A DNA stretch of 64,000 bases. Origin: Acinetobacter phage SH-Ab 15599. Made by a program: the position numbers and the translations under genes. The notes beneath the pieces were generated by a model. That model saw only the letters and a list, made by a program, of their open reading frames with translations. It was not told the origin of the DNA and did no database searches. The stretch is from sequence record MH517022.1. One strand, 5' to 3'. Positions within the stretch are counted from its first letter, which is position 1. Each line of letters starts with the position of its first letter. Of this stretch, positions 9,250 to 18,522 are shown in pieces.

Positions 9250-9490
9250 TTTGAAAACCTCTTATAACAATTAGCGTTATCATATTGTATTGTCTAAACC
9301 ATATCAAATAATCAATGAATTGTTTTAGCCAATCCAACCCTCAGAATGAGTGATTTTAACAATTAAAATTTTATAGTATTTTTTAATTTGATTATTTACT
9401 TTTCATGAATCATCCATTATAATGGATTTCCATAACAAGGGAATAATTCTCTGTTTACTTTAAATGTCAAACAACTTTTGGAGAAATGAC

Positions 9491-9766
9491 ATGAACCGTA
9501 CTGACTTAATCGCTGCTGTAGCAAAAGAAACTGGTAACACTCAAGCTGTTGTTGAAGCTGTAATTAAAGCATCTGAAGGTAAAATTGCTGAAGCCCTAAT
9601 TGCTGGCGAAAACGTACAACTTGTTGGCTTTGGTACTTTTAAATCAACGCCTAAAGAAGCAACAACTGCTCGTAACCCTAAAACTGGCGAAGAAGTGGCA
9701 GTTGCAGCTACAAACCGCGTTACATTCAGCGTTTCAGATGCTCTGAAAGAACGTTTGAAAAAATAA
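9491..9766 (+). CDS. HU/IHF-family DNA-binding protein
   Basis: MNRTDLIAAVAKETG...VQLVGFGTFKS...RNPKTGEEV is the classic HU fold signature. GGAG lies 7 nt upstream of this ATG. An in-frame ATG at 9464 is less likely. Confidence 0.8.
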   Translation: MNRTDLIAAVAKETGNTQAVVEAVIKASEGKIAEALIAGENVQLVGFGTFKSTPKEATTARNPKTGEEVAVAATNRVTFSVSDALKERLKK

Positions 9767-9782
9767 TTTGATGCTGGGCATT

Positions 9783-9811
9783 AAAAAAGAGGCTGTTAAG
9801 CCTCTTTTTTA
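9783..9811 (+). terminator. rho-independent terminator AGAGGCTGTTAAGCCTCT followed by T6
   Basis: Hairpin plus T-run directly after the HU gene. Confidence 0.7.
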
Positions 9812-9835
9812 ATGCCTAGAATAAACAGACAAAAT

Positions 9836-9862
9836 AAAAGGAGCCAAAAGGCTCCTTAGTTT
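9836..9862 (-). terminator. rho-independent terminator for the minus-strand gene, GGAGCC-N4-GGCTCC
   Basis: On the minus strand it reads GGAGCCTTTTGGCTCC followed by TTTTATTTT. Confidence 0.6.
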
Positions 9863-10119
9863 TAAACAATATGCGGAGGTTCGACTAATGGTTCAGGGTC
9901 GCCCGTTTTACGCTTCGCTAATGTAGTCTGAAGCTCGATGATACGAGTGTTGAGTCTATCATTCTCATCCCGCTCATCCTCCAGTTCAGCTTCTAGAGCA
10001 ATAATATGTAATTGAGATTTTTTAAGCTCGCGTTTCAGGAACTTATTTTCTGACACTAGATGTTCTCCGTAAGCGAGTATGAAGAACGCAATAATGAAAC
10101 CTAAGATATAGACCATCAT
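9862..10119 (-). CDS. small protein with an N-terminal TM helix, a coiled coil and a Pro-rich C-terminus (i-spanin-like?)
   Basis: VYILGFIIAFFILAYG is a transmembrane segment, followed by a charged heptad region and then GDPEPLVEPPHIV. Confidence 0.35.
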   Translation of the reverse strand: MMVYILGFIIAFFILAYGEHLVSENKFLKRELKKSQLHIIALEAELEDERDENDRLNTRIIELQTTLAKRKTGDPEPLVEPPHIV

Positions 10120-10445
10120 GTGTTTAATCCTATAACAATAGCGACCAGCACCATAATATGAAGTATTTGATCAGTTTTGAAACTAATCCGTTTGTTGTTC
10201 TTACTGTAATCAATAATGAAGTGCGATACATACATTAACAGAGCAGCAGCTATATTACCCGTAACAACCCAGACCAACAGAGCGTGGATAGCGCAGTGAG
10301 CTGATAGTACGATGTACCATTGAGCAAATTTTTCTTTACTCTTATTGATTGCAATGTAATCATTCTGTAGTGCAAAGTCCCCTAGACAATGAAGACAGTA
10401 CAAAATAAATAACATCCCGAGTGGGTTAAGACTGTAAAAGTCCAT
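10116..10445 (-). CDS. membrane protein with about 3 TM helices (109 aa)
   Basis: Hydrophobic segments are present. It overlaps the downstream gene by 4 nt. Confidence 0.4.
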   Translation of the reverse strand: MDFYSLNPLGMLFILYCLHCLGDFALQNDYIAINKSKEKFAQWYIVLSAHCAIHALLVWVVTGNIAAALLMYVSHFIIDYSKNNKRISFKTDQILHIMVLVAIVIGLNT

Positions 10446-10456
10446 TTAATTTCCCC

Positions 10457-10484
10457 TTAAAAAGCCCCTCTCGGGGCTTCCAAT
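10457..10484 (-). terminator. terminator hairpin GCCCCGAGAGGGGC followed by a T-run (minus-strand sense)
   Basis: It sits between two minus-strand genes. Confidence 0.5.
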
Positions 10485-10489
10485 TATTG

Positions 10490-10996
10490 TTAAACAACGT
10501 GTTGATAAACGCCCGTCAAACGCTCCCGCGCTTCTTTGGCAGCTGTGATTTGAGATGTAGCTAATACAACAACCGCGTCTCGTTCAGGGTTGTTAGATTC
10601 TCTGATACGTAACCGCACCTCATCAGTTGGGGTTACAAATACATAAAGGTCCGCGCCTTCAAACCAACCCAAATAGAAATGAGAGTCTTTAATATCATCG
10701 TTTTTAAACATATGTTGTTTAGGAATTACACCAAGAGTCATTTTCAGATTATCTTCATCGACCAATTCCACTTTAGCGCTCTTAATTTCTAGACCGCCGT
10801 ACAATTCAAGAGATTCATACCCTTGAATTTGTTTATTGATATGTTCTTGAAGTTGAGCTACATCGTCTGGATGGAACTTCTCTCCAGCTTCTGTATATTT
10901 GTGTTTCACGTCTGCCAAGAGACGCGTTGCTTGTTCACAAAATACCAAAGTGGTCTCTTGGTTCTTGATTGTTTGTTCTTGTAGATCAGTGGACAT
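10490..10996 (-). CDS. hypothetical protein (168 aa)
   Basis: ORF. Confidence 0.45.
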   Translation of the reverse strand: MSTDLQEQTIKNQETTLVFCEQATRLLADVKHKYTEAGEKFHPDDVAQLQEHINKQIQGYESLELYGGLEIKSAKVELVDEDNLKMTLGVIPKQHMFKNDDIKDSHFYLGWFEGADLYVFVTPTDEVRLRIRESNNPERDAVVVLATSQITAAKEARERLTGVYQHVV

Positions 10997-10998
10997 GT

Positions 10999-11958
10999 TT
11001 ACTCCGATTTGTTAACTGTATCCCAACGATACGTTGATAGTGTACAAATATCGCTTCCATTCATAAGGCTGAGTGAAATGATACCATTAGATAAATTGAA
11101 TTTACCAAAACAATAATATTGAGGACCAAATTCTATGTCTGTTAAATCAACATGAACAAAACGGCGATACGGGTTCTCCGGCAGACCACTCAGAATGAAT
11201 TCATCATTCTTTTTCTTAGCCAAAAGACCAGATAGAAACACCAGATTGTTATTATCATTGATAATAGGCATATTGAATGTTGATTTCAATAAAGTGTCCA
11301 GCAATGATGATCTGAAATCAATTCCTTCAATCTGGAATGTTACGTTGCTTCTAGGTCTACTTTCTTTCAATGTAGCAATAAGCTGGCGTATGGAGTTCAA
11401 CACTTCAATGAATATAATGTTATGGGACATATCTGTCGCATTTTTCAATGTAAGTTTATCAGTATTGAAATGGTCACCAATGAAGTGTAATTTGATATCA
11501 GAATCATCTTCATGATTTTGAGATTGTTTATGATTAATTGACCAGATACAACGGTTTATAGAACGTTCCAAAGCTTCTTTCAAGTTGTTTTTAGCAGGAT
11601 CATATGAGATGTTGAAATCTCGAATGATGAAATGCTCAACCTTGTCTTTGAGAGATGGCGTACCAACTACATTGTAAGCTTGTAGATCAATTTTGGGAAA
11701 GTTTTCAACCAATGATGAGACCAACTTGCGTTCAGCCTTATCGGTGGGTCTACGTGTAACAACAGAAGGCGCTTTCTGAGCTACTTTATCCAGAGTATTA
11801 GTTGTATTGCTACTCGACAAAGCGATCTCGTCAGCCCATAGTCTTACTGTAGAAAGCGGCATATCGTATTGTTTTGCTACCGTTCTAGCGTGTAAACCTT
11901 TCTTCAATGCAGCCTTCACTGCATCCTTAAACTCTTCTGTATAGCGTCGTTTTGACAT
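10999..11958 (-). CDS. protein with an N-terminal IS3-OrfA-like helix-turn-helix and an unknown C-terminal domain (319 aa)
   Basis: MSKRRYTEEFKDAVKAALKKGLHARTVAKQYDMPLSTVRLWADE resembles the HTH_Tnp_1 of IS3 OrfA. The remaining ~270 aa match nothing I recognise. No DDE motifs are apparent. Confidence 0.45.
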   Translation of the reverse strand: MSKRRYTEEFKDAVKAALKKGLHARTVAKQYDMPLSTVRLWADEIALSSSNTTNTLDKVAQKAPSVVTRRPTDKAERKLVSSLVENFPKIDLQAYNVVGTPSLKDKVEHFIIRDFNISYDPAKNNLKEALERSINRCIWSINHKQSQNHEDDSDIKLHFIGDHFNTDKLTLKNATDMSHNIIFIEVLNSIRQLIATLKESRPRSNVTFQIEGIDFRSSLLDTLLKSTFNMPIINDNNNLVFLSGLLAKKKNDEFILSGLPENPYRRFVHVDLTDIEFGPQYYCFGKFNLSNGIISLSLMNGSDICTLSTYRWDTVNKSE

Positions 11959-12075
11959 GATACGTTTACCTGATAGTATGTATAACAGATATTATAATGT
12001 AAAATATATTGTTTTCATAAAATCAAGAAAGGAGACATCTCTGTCTCCTTTCAAGGTTTGTTGGATCATCTTCGA

Positions 12076-12651
12076 TCAGGTATTCAACAATTGATTGGAA
12101 AGTTCGCTTCTCTCGTGAATCAGCTTATTCCAAGCAAATCCCATTGCAACTGCCGCCACAATAGAACCGCCAATGATAGCTAGTGGGGATAGTTCATAAC
12201 CCAAAACAGCTAGTCCGAATACCAATGTAAGTGCAAGTCCAACAGTTATAAAAAATGCCCAACGCATAATATCAATTTTAACTTCATTTTGTTTCAATTG
12301 AATTAATGTGCCGAGCATTTCTTGAGAGATAACATAAGAACGGAAGTCGCGGATGTCATAAAATTGACGTTTGATCCAAGATACAAATACATTAATGAGA
12401 AGTCTATTTTGGTCTCGCCCAAACCGTAATACTCCTTCATTTAATGCATTGATCACCGCTTTGCTATCAATATCGTCAAAAAAGTTGAAGACAGCTGTGG
12501 CAATTTCCTCAGCTGTCGAAATACTGTTTTTGAACGACGTCTGTAAATCTAAACACATAGAATACAAGTTGATAGCAACTTCGTCTTCTGTTTGGTCAAT
12601 AGGTTTGACCCACTCATATTGTTTAGAGATTTCAGGTATCGTCAGCATCAT
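12076..12651 (-). CDS. membrane-anchored protein with two C-terminal TM helices (191 aa)
   Basis: The C-terminal segments FFITVGLALTLVFGLAVLGY and LAIIGGSIVAAVAMGFAW are hydrophobic. Confidence 0.45.
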   Translation of the reverse strand: MMLTIPEISKQYEWVKPIDQTEDEVAINLYSMCLDLQTSFKNSISTAEEIATAVFNFFDDIDSKAVINALNEGVLRFGRDQNRLLINVFVSWIKRQFYDIRDFRSYVISQEMLGTLIQLKQNEVKIDIMRWAFFITVGLALTLVFGLAVLGYELSPLAIIGGSIVAAVAMGFAWNKLIHERSELSNQLLNT

Positions 12652-12661
12652 AGTCTAACTC

Positions 12662-14138
12662 CTAGAAAAGGGAGTTAAGGCTGAATGAAGTCGGTGCCTT
12701 AGCCTCCCATTTGATTGCGACTAAAAAGTTTGTAAGTGGATTGATAAAACATTTACTGAATGCAGCATCTTTATCAATGAACTTCTCAAGATTAAACTCC
12801 TTCGGTAGTTGATCATCATACGCAATAACTTCCATACCAAACGGTGAGCCTTTTCTTAAAGGTAACACGTAGTATTTATTGCCGCTACGAAGTGGCATAA
12901 TTTGCGGTGCATCAACCTTAGTTAATAAGGTATTATGATTTATCGCCCCTTTAACATGATATGGGGTTCCTTTAACCGCAACGCCGTTACTGAGATAATC
13001 TTCAATATTGTTGATATTCTGAGCCGCCCCGTATTCATTGATATTACGAGATTTCATGAATTCAACTTCACACTTTGCTACAAAATCATGTAGTTCAGTT
13101 TTCTTCTCTTCAAGAGCCAATTGATAGCCCGTTTTCATCCACTCACGGCAGAACATTGGGTAGTTAGACTTGCGAGCCTCTAAACCAACGATTTTAAGCT
13201 TAGGAGTGGCGTAGCGCACGCCTTCGTTATCAGTTAATAACATAGCGTAACGCTTCTTGGTTGTAAAGATTGCTACCATAGCAATAGCTTCACGTTTGAA
13301 GAACAAAGCGTTGATTGGACAGTTATATGATGAAGCTAGTTCTTCAGCCCATTGAATGTATAGAGGTTCAATGGTTGTAGTCATCAATTCATCAAGCTTA
13401 TCTGTAATCTCAGAATCTGATAATTCGTCCCATCCAGAAGCCTTAACCACACCTTTGAACTCAGTATAGATCGAGTCAGTATCTCCATAGAAGCAATGGT
13501 CACCTTCAAGATTATAAGTTTTGTTGATCCATTCATTCAACTTAAACATAATATGTCGAGTTGAACATTGACCCGCAGTTGTAATAGCTTCAGCAATACG
13601 GATTTCAAAGTGGTCGGCGAAGTTTTCATTTGCAATCGCGCCATAACCCGCGTTTGCAGCAATCTTATGTGCGTGTTGGTTTGAGTCTCCGTTTTGGATT
13701 TTTGTTTCCCAAACATCATATTCTTTGTAATACGCTTCTGTCTTCTCTAATTGCTCATCCAAGTATTTTTTCTTGAAGGATTCAAGAGAACGTTCATCGT
13801 CTTTCATTGCCTTTTTAATGACCTTACGCGTATCATATAGGTCTTTGAATACACGGCGCAACAATGAAGGTTTTTCAGTCTTAAACATTGCAAGGTTTGG
13901 AGCCATACAGACTTTCAAACGTTTGAGAGTTTGGAACTGATATGGGGCTTCAAAGTAGATGTCCCAAATACCTTTACGCTCACGGAAACGTTGAGCATAT
14001 AAACGGGTGTATTGGGTTTGTTCTTCTTCCGGAATATCATCCATCTCTTGAGCCAGAGCGTCAAGAATCTTCTCTGTAATACCCCAAGGTACAAGCGTCT
14101 CAATACCCATGTTGAATTGTTGTGCCATATGCGGATAA
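12662..14138 (-). CDS. DNA polymerase (family B, gp43) exon 2: the rest of motif A, then the fingers, palm and thumb domains
   Basis: GYPHMAQQFNMGIETL aligns to T4 LYPSIIRQVNISPETI. Further on are HKIAANAGYGA (the Kx3NSxYG region), CFYGDTDSIY (motif C) and KKRYA. The 5' boundary is inferred from a frame-preserving splice. Confidence 0.75.
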
Positions 14139-15311
14139 CCTATGTGTTCAGATGAGTTCGTGATTCTCACCTCGGAATTACATCCAGCTGTATGTCGCCA
14201 TACAGAGCAGACTATATCATCACCCACGTTATACGTTTGGTACGCTGTTGTAAGTAGCGCAGATGAGCTATACTCACCGTGTCTCCCGTTTCCATTTAAG
14301 CCATACATTTCAGGCACCCACACTTGGCTGTACTATGTCTTGCGACTGTCTAGTCGTTGAACCTTTCAGAATTTCTTTGATCTTTACAGTATAAACAGAA
14401 ACATCTAATCCTTTGAGATTTAATGGTCTGACGTAATTGGAAGTGAGAGCGCCGCTGTTAGTAAAAATCGCTTTACCATCAACATGAGCCTTTCTATAAA
14501 AATCGAACAATTGTTCTTCTGTCCAATTCTTAATTTCTTCTTTCTTACGTTCAAGACTAGCTTTGAATTTGTTCTTTCCTTCTTCAGATTGCATAGGGTT
14601 GTTTGTAGAGAACCCCTTGCCATCTAAATGATGAACTAATTCTCCAGAAGTATATCTTGGATCATTCTTTTCAGTCATGAATATATTCCCATCTTTGTCT
14701 TTTACAACAACTCGACCAGTCATATATTCTTTACTTTTTTGAACGATAGCTTTAGCAGTCTCTGCATCAGCGCCCATATATTTCTTCCCTTTCATATCAA
14801 GGCGTTGTACACCTTTCTTTGAAAGACTAATCTTTTGCTTCACATCTTCTCTTTTAGAAGGATTGTTTTCTCCGCTGTTTAGTTCTCTAGCTAATTTTCT
14901 TGCCGACTCACAATATTCAGCCCCATCTCTGGTTGTTACCATAAGATGATAGGCATATCCTGTAGATTGAGTCTTTGCACCTAGCATAAGAAGTCTATGT
15001 GCTTCCACGTGTTCTAATATAGATAATTCTACAATATTCCACTTGGCGTTTCTGTACTCATAAAAATCGCAGATTGGTAAAATATGATGGCGCTCAACAA
15101 CATCAGAACCTTTAGCAGATTGAATGTATTCAACGTATTGCTCTAGCAACGCGCTGTCTCCATTCTTATAAGTCTGCTTCAAAGCATCTAACATCTGTTT
15201 ACCGTTCATAATCACTAACTCTGACTTGGCTGCTGATTGTCTCAGTGAGATTTCCCAGCAATTAAAGAGATTTTCATTGTGTTATTTCTAACACAAGCCC
15301 CCTATATGTTA
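14139..15311 (-). mobile_element. putative group I intron in gene 43, carrying an HNH homing endonuclease ORF
   Basis: A P1 helix forms between the exon end GCCCU and the intron GGGGC, with a U-G wobble at the splice site. A P2-like hairpin UUGUGUUA-GAAA-UAACACAA follows immediately. The intron ends in G. Joining the exons restores the in-frame motif A: DANAL|YPHMAQ. Confidence 0.55.
14310..15215 (-). CDS. HNH homing endonuclease (intron-encoded)
   Basis: HHILPICDFYEYRNAKWNIVELSILEHVEAHR is the HNH motif. Downstream are basic, NUMOD-like repeats. Confidence 0.8.
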   Translation of the reverse strand: MIMNGKQMLDALKQTYKNGDSALLEQYVEYIQSAKGSDVVERHHILPICDFYEYRNAKWNIVELSILEHVEAHRLLMLGAKTQSTGYAYHLMVTTRDGAEYCESARKLARELNSGENNPSKREDVKQKISLSKKGVQRLDMKGKKYMGADAETAKAIVQKSKEYMTGRVVVKDKDGNIFMTEKNDPRYTSGELVHHLDGKGFSTNNPMQSEEGKNKFKASLERKKEEIKNWTEEQLFDFYRKAHVDGKAIFTNSGALTSNYVRPLNLKGLDVSVYTVKIKEILKGSTTRQSQDIVQPSVGA

Positions 15312-16576
15312 AGGGCATTTGCATCGCTAGACATTACATTTTCATAACGCCCTGGGGTCACCTCTTTAACATAACCTCCGGCATAGTCTGGTTTTGAGTT
15401 TACGCGTGGACGAATTTCAGAAAACTCATTGTTACGCGCCCCGTAACCATACATGAGATATTGCCAAGGTAACACGGTTGCATTTGTATCATCTGGATTA
15501 CAGTGATACAAGAATGCTAATGTATACGCCAGTTGCAATAGTTTTGTTTTCTGAGCAATACGCAATACCAAGTTTACGTCGTGAATGTTATATCCAATAT
15601 AGTTTTGGTAATCTTTGATATAAAATTCTGTTAAGCTTGAGAACTCGCTATGATCAACCTTTTCTTCTTTGAGATAATGTTGAGCTGCAGTATTCAGCTT
15701 GTTGTTATCCAATTCAATAAAGCCGTGTTTTGCTACACTTTCTTTTAAGTCTAGGTTTGAAATACCTGAGATTGTAAATGTAACCTCTTCACCATATTTG
15801 CCGTTGAAGGTACGTTTGCGACAGTAACCATGAGGTGAAATACGATTCAGAATATCTCGACCCAACAGCTTATCAATGCGGTTACAGAAGTACGCAATAT
15901 CAAACGTATCACTGTTCCAACCTGAGATGTAGTCATATTGGTGGGATTCATACTGATCTACAAAATCATACAGAAGATCAATTTCATTATCATATCCAAC
16001 ATAGACAATGTCTTCTGGCTTGACCGTCTTACGAACTTGCTCAGGTAATTTGTTTACATCAAATGTACCCAAATCATGGCCTTGGAAATGCTCTAGACCT
16101 AACACATAGAACTTTTCAGTGAATGTATCATATGTTGTAATGGCTGTAATAGGGTATAAGGCTAATGCAGGATCAGGGAAGGGGCCAGGCTGAATTTTAC
16201 CGTCAGCAGTAATTGTACCAGATTCAACCTCAATATCGACCAATGCCCCTCTGATATATTTCATATCAAATTTGATTTCTTTTTCAGGGTAATGCTCTGC
16301 TGAGTATTGAGCTAATGGGTTATCAATACCGTAGATTTTGAAGTTGGGGATGTTCTTCATCTGCTCCATCCACTCTTCCATAGCGTAGTTGTTATCAAAC
16401 ACTATGCGTTCAAGAGGGATACCATTCAGAGACTTATAAGGACTATCAGCATTTGTAGATACGGTATACAAAGAAGGCTGAAAACTAATTTCACGCATCT
16501 TTCTCACGCCGTCTTCAACATAGCGCTCAAGAATGCGGTCTTTCTGTTTTGTTAGGTTGGTATAAAAGCGTTGCAT
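15312..16576 (-). CDS. DNA polymerase (family B, gp43) exon 1: N-terminal and 3'-5' exonuclease domains up to the start of motif A
   Basis: ALVDIEV is Exo I, YNIHDV is the Exo II region, and YAGGYVKEVTPGRYENVMSSDANAL leads into motif A. The ORF as called runs 3 more codons to 15302 (NI then stop) inside the intron. Confidence 0.8.
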
Positions 16577-16654
16577 TTACATGCTCCTTAGGTAATCAGA
16601 AATATTATAGCTTGTTTTTAGTGGTTAATAGATATATCAAAAAGGAATATCATT

Positions 16655-17164
16655 ATGAAGCCGCCTGTTTATTCAAATGCTCAATCTAATAATGCTATGT
16701 GTATTATAGAGACCATGGAAAATGTTCAGTTCAAGCTTTATGACTTTCAACTCCCGATGCTATCTTTCAACTCAACAATTTTGGGCACTGATAGTAAGGT
16801 ACAAATCAGAGTACCAGGCACTCATGTAGAGTTTGATTTCCTCCAAATCAACTTCTTTGTAGATGAATTATGGGAAAACTACTTTGAATGTTACGATTGG
16901 TCTATGTTAACAATCGGTAGCCCTGACCCATTTGAACATACAAAAACCATTTCTATTGTTCCCCTAGATAGTAATAAGAACCCAGTTGGACGCGTCTTCG
17001 TCTTTTTAGATGCTCATATTATGAATATGGCACCTGTTCAATTAGACGGAGAAGGAGAAACAACTGATATCGTTATGGGATTAACAATTTCCTTCTCTGA
17101 AATGAAAGTTGAAAAATGGTTTGATGCAGATGGATCAACCAATGTAGTTATCTCCAAGGACTAA
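16655..17164 (+). CDS. hypothetical protein (169 aa)
   Basis: An ORF with AAGGAA upstream. Confidence 0.45.
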   Translation: MKPPVYSNAQSNNAMCIIETMENVQFKLYDFQLPMLSFNSTILGTDSKVQIRVPGTHVEFDFLQINFFVDELWENYFECYDWSMLTIGSPDPFEHTKTISIVPLDSNKNPVGRVFVFLDAHIMNMAPVQLDGEGETTDIVMGLTISFSEMKVEKWFDADGSTNVVISKD

Positions 17165-17194
17165 AGTGGCGGCATACCACTTTAGTCCTCTTTT

Positions 17195-17974
17195 TTACAA
17201 CAAGAATAACGGCGGGATATCATACCAATCTGCATGTTGACGGTGAAATCTGAAGACCTTATCCAATGTCTCGTCTCTTAATGAATCCACTGATTGAACG
17301 AATACATGAGCTGTAGTACGTTTTTTATCTTCTTCAGAAGAGATAATCACTACATCATCAATCTTTTCGCCGTAGCGTTCTTCATGCATCAAAGCATATA
17401 GACAGCCCTGAATGAAATAGTCTCTCATATCAGAACGTCCAAACACGTAGTTTTTGTTTTTGTAGTCAATGATCGCCTTACGATTTCTGAAAACGCCCAT
17501 CAAGTCGCAACGTCCTGCCACTTTCATCTTCTCGGAATACAATGCGTGTTCGACGTATGACCAACTGTTGAGTTCCATTAATGAGAGACGAATCTGCTCA
17601 TACATGAAAGTGAATTCGCCTACTCCAGCTTGAACGTCATAAGGTATACCCTGAATATAATGTTCAAGGGCCTCATGAATAGCCGTTCCACGATCTGTAG
17701 AACGCTTACAGATTCTATCGGCCTCAGCTTTGCCTACTCGGTTACGCCAAGCGATGATCTGGGAATCGTCTTCAAAAGCCCCTAATAGTGTGGTTACAGA
17801 CGGGTAGACGCCGCCATTTGGAGGTCTGTAATACCGTCTATCATTAAAATGAAATGTCTCGCCCCATTGATTGTCCGGAACCAGATTTGGAATAACTCTT
17901 AAATCAAATTTCTTATCAGGGGTGCGCCCTACGCCCTCAAGTTTTATTCGCTTCAGGTCTGCTAATGAAGCCAT
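17195..17974 (-). CDS. PD-(D/E)xK family nuclease (YqaJ/Cas4/lambda-exo-like fold)
   Basis: The spaced motifs YPSVTTLL ... GTAIHEALE ... CDLMGV...IDYKN ... QGCLYALM are typical of PDDEXK nucleases. Confidence 0.55.
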   Translation of the reverse strand: MASLADLKRIKLEGVGRTPDKKFDLRVIPNLVPDNQWGETFHFNDRRYYRPPNGGVYPSVTTLLGAFEDDSQIIAWRNRVGKAEADRICKRSTDRGTAIHEALEHYIQGIPYDVQAGVGEFTFMYEQIRLSLMELNSWSYVEHALYSEKMKVAGRCDLMGVFRNRKAIIDYKNKNYVFGRSDMRDYFIQGCLYALMHEERYGEKIDDVVIISSEEDKKRTTAHVFVQSVDSLRDETLDKVFRFHRQHADWYDIPPLFLL

Positions 17975-17977
17975 TGT

Positions 17978-18325
17978 TTACTCCAATGGTAATGTTTGAT
18001 CTATTTCTAAAAAGTCGTCATACCCGTATATGGTACCGCCCATGTCTCTCATATCCTCAGATGTAAGATGAAGAGTCCAATCCCAACATTTATGATAATG
18101 CGAATAAAAGATATAGAGGAGATTCAACCCAAGACAATAGCGGTTGTCAAAGGATGCATTTCTCTGTTTGATATGTTCTTGTACTGTCTTTGAAAAACGG
18201 TATCTGGGTTTAACAGATACACCTATTTCTTCCATTTTAGCAACAACTTTCTCAATCTGTTCATCTGTTAGCTCATAAACATTAATCGCGACAAATGTAT
18301 TGATCTTGAATACAGTTTTGAACAT
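17978..18325 (-). CDS. hypothetical protein (115 aa)
   Basis: ORF. Confidence 0.4.
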   Translation of the reverse strand: MFKTVFKINTFVAINVYELTDEQIEKVVAKMEEIGVSVKPRYRFSKTVQEHIKQRNASFDNRYCLGLNLLYIFYSHYHKCWDWTLHLTSEDMRDMGGTIYGYDDFLEIDQTLPLE

Positions 18326-18328
18326 ATT

Positions 18329-18511
18329 TCACCCCTTAACCAGATCAAGAAAACATTCAACAATCTTAAATGGCATGAATACAACAATCAAGAAGAAAAG
18401 GAACATGTTGACATGTTTACCGTACCAACCCTTTGACCAAGCATATTCATTTAGAGCCGCTACCAGTATCAGGGTTGTAACAGAGAGTAGGGCAACCGCA
18501 GCATATTCCAT
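18329..18511 (-). CDS. small membrane protein (60 aa, 2 TM)
   Basis: An ORF with a hydrophobic sequence. Confidence 0.3.
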   Translation of the reverse strand: MEYAAVALLSVTTLILVAALNEYAWSKGWYGKHVNMFLFFLIVVFMPFKIVECFLDLVKG

Positions 18512-18522
18512 ATCTATAATCC

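Noticed and set aside
14139-15311. An alternative reading of the polymerase as a split gene (separate 43A and 43B cistrons with a free-standing HEG between)
   Set aside because: The downstream fragment has no plausible own start before motif A. The open frame upstream of YPH encodes non-polymerase sequence. The junction is codon-exact with P1 (GCCCU/GGGGC, U-G at the splice site) and is followed by a GAAA-tetraloop P2-like hairpin. An intron is therefore favoured, but the split-gene reading remains the main alternative until splicing is shown.
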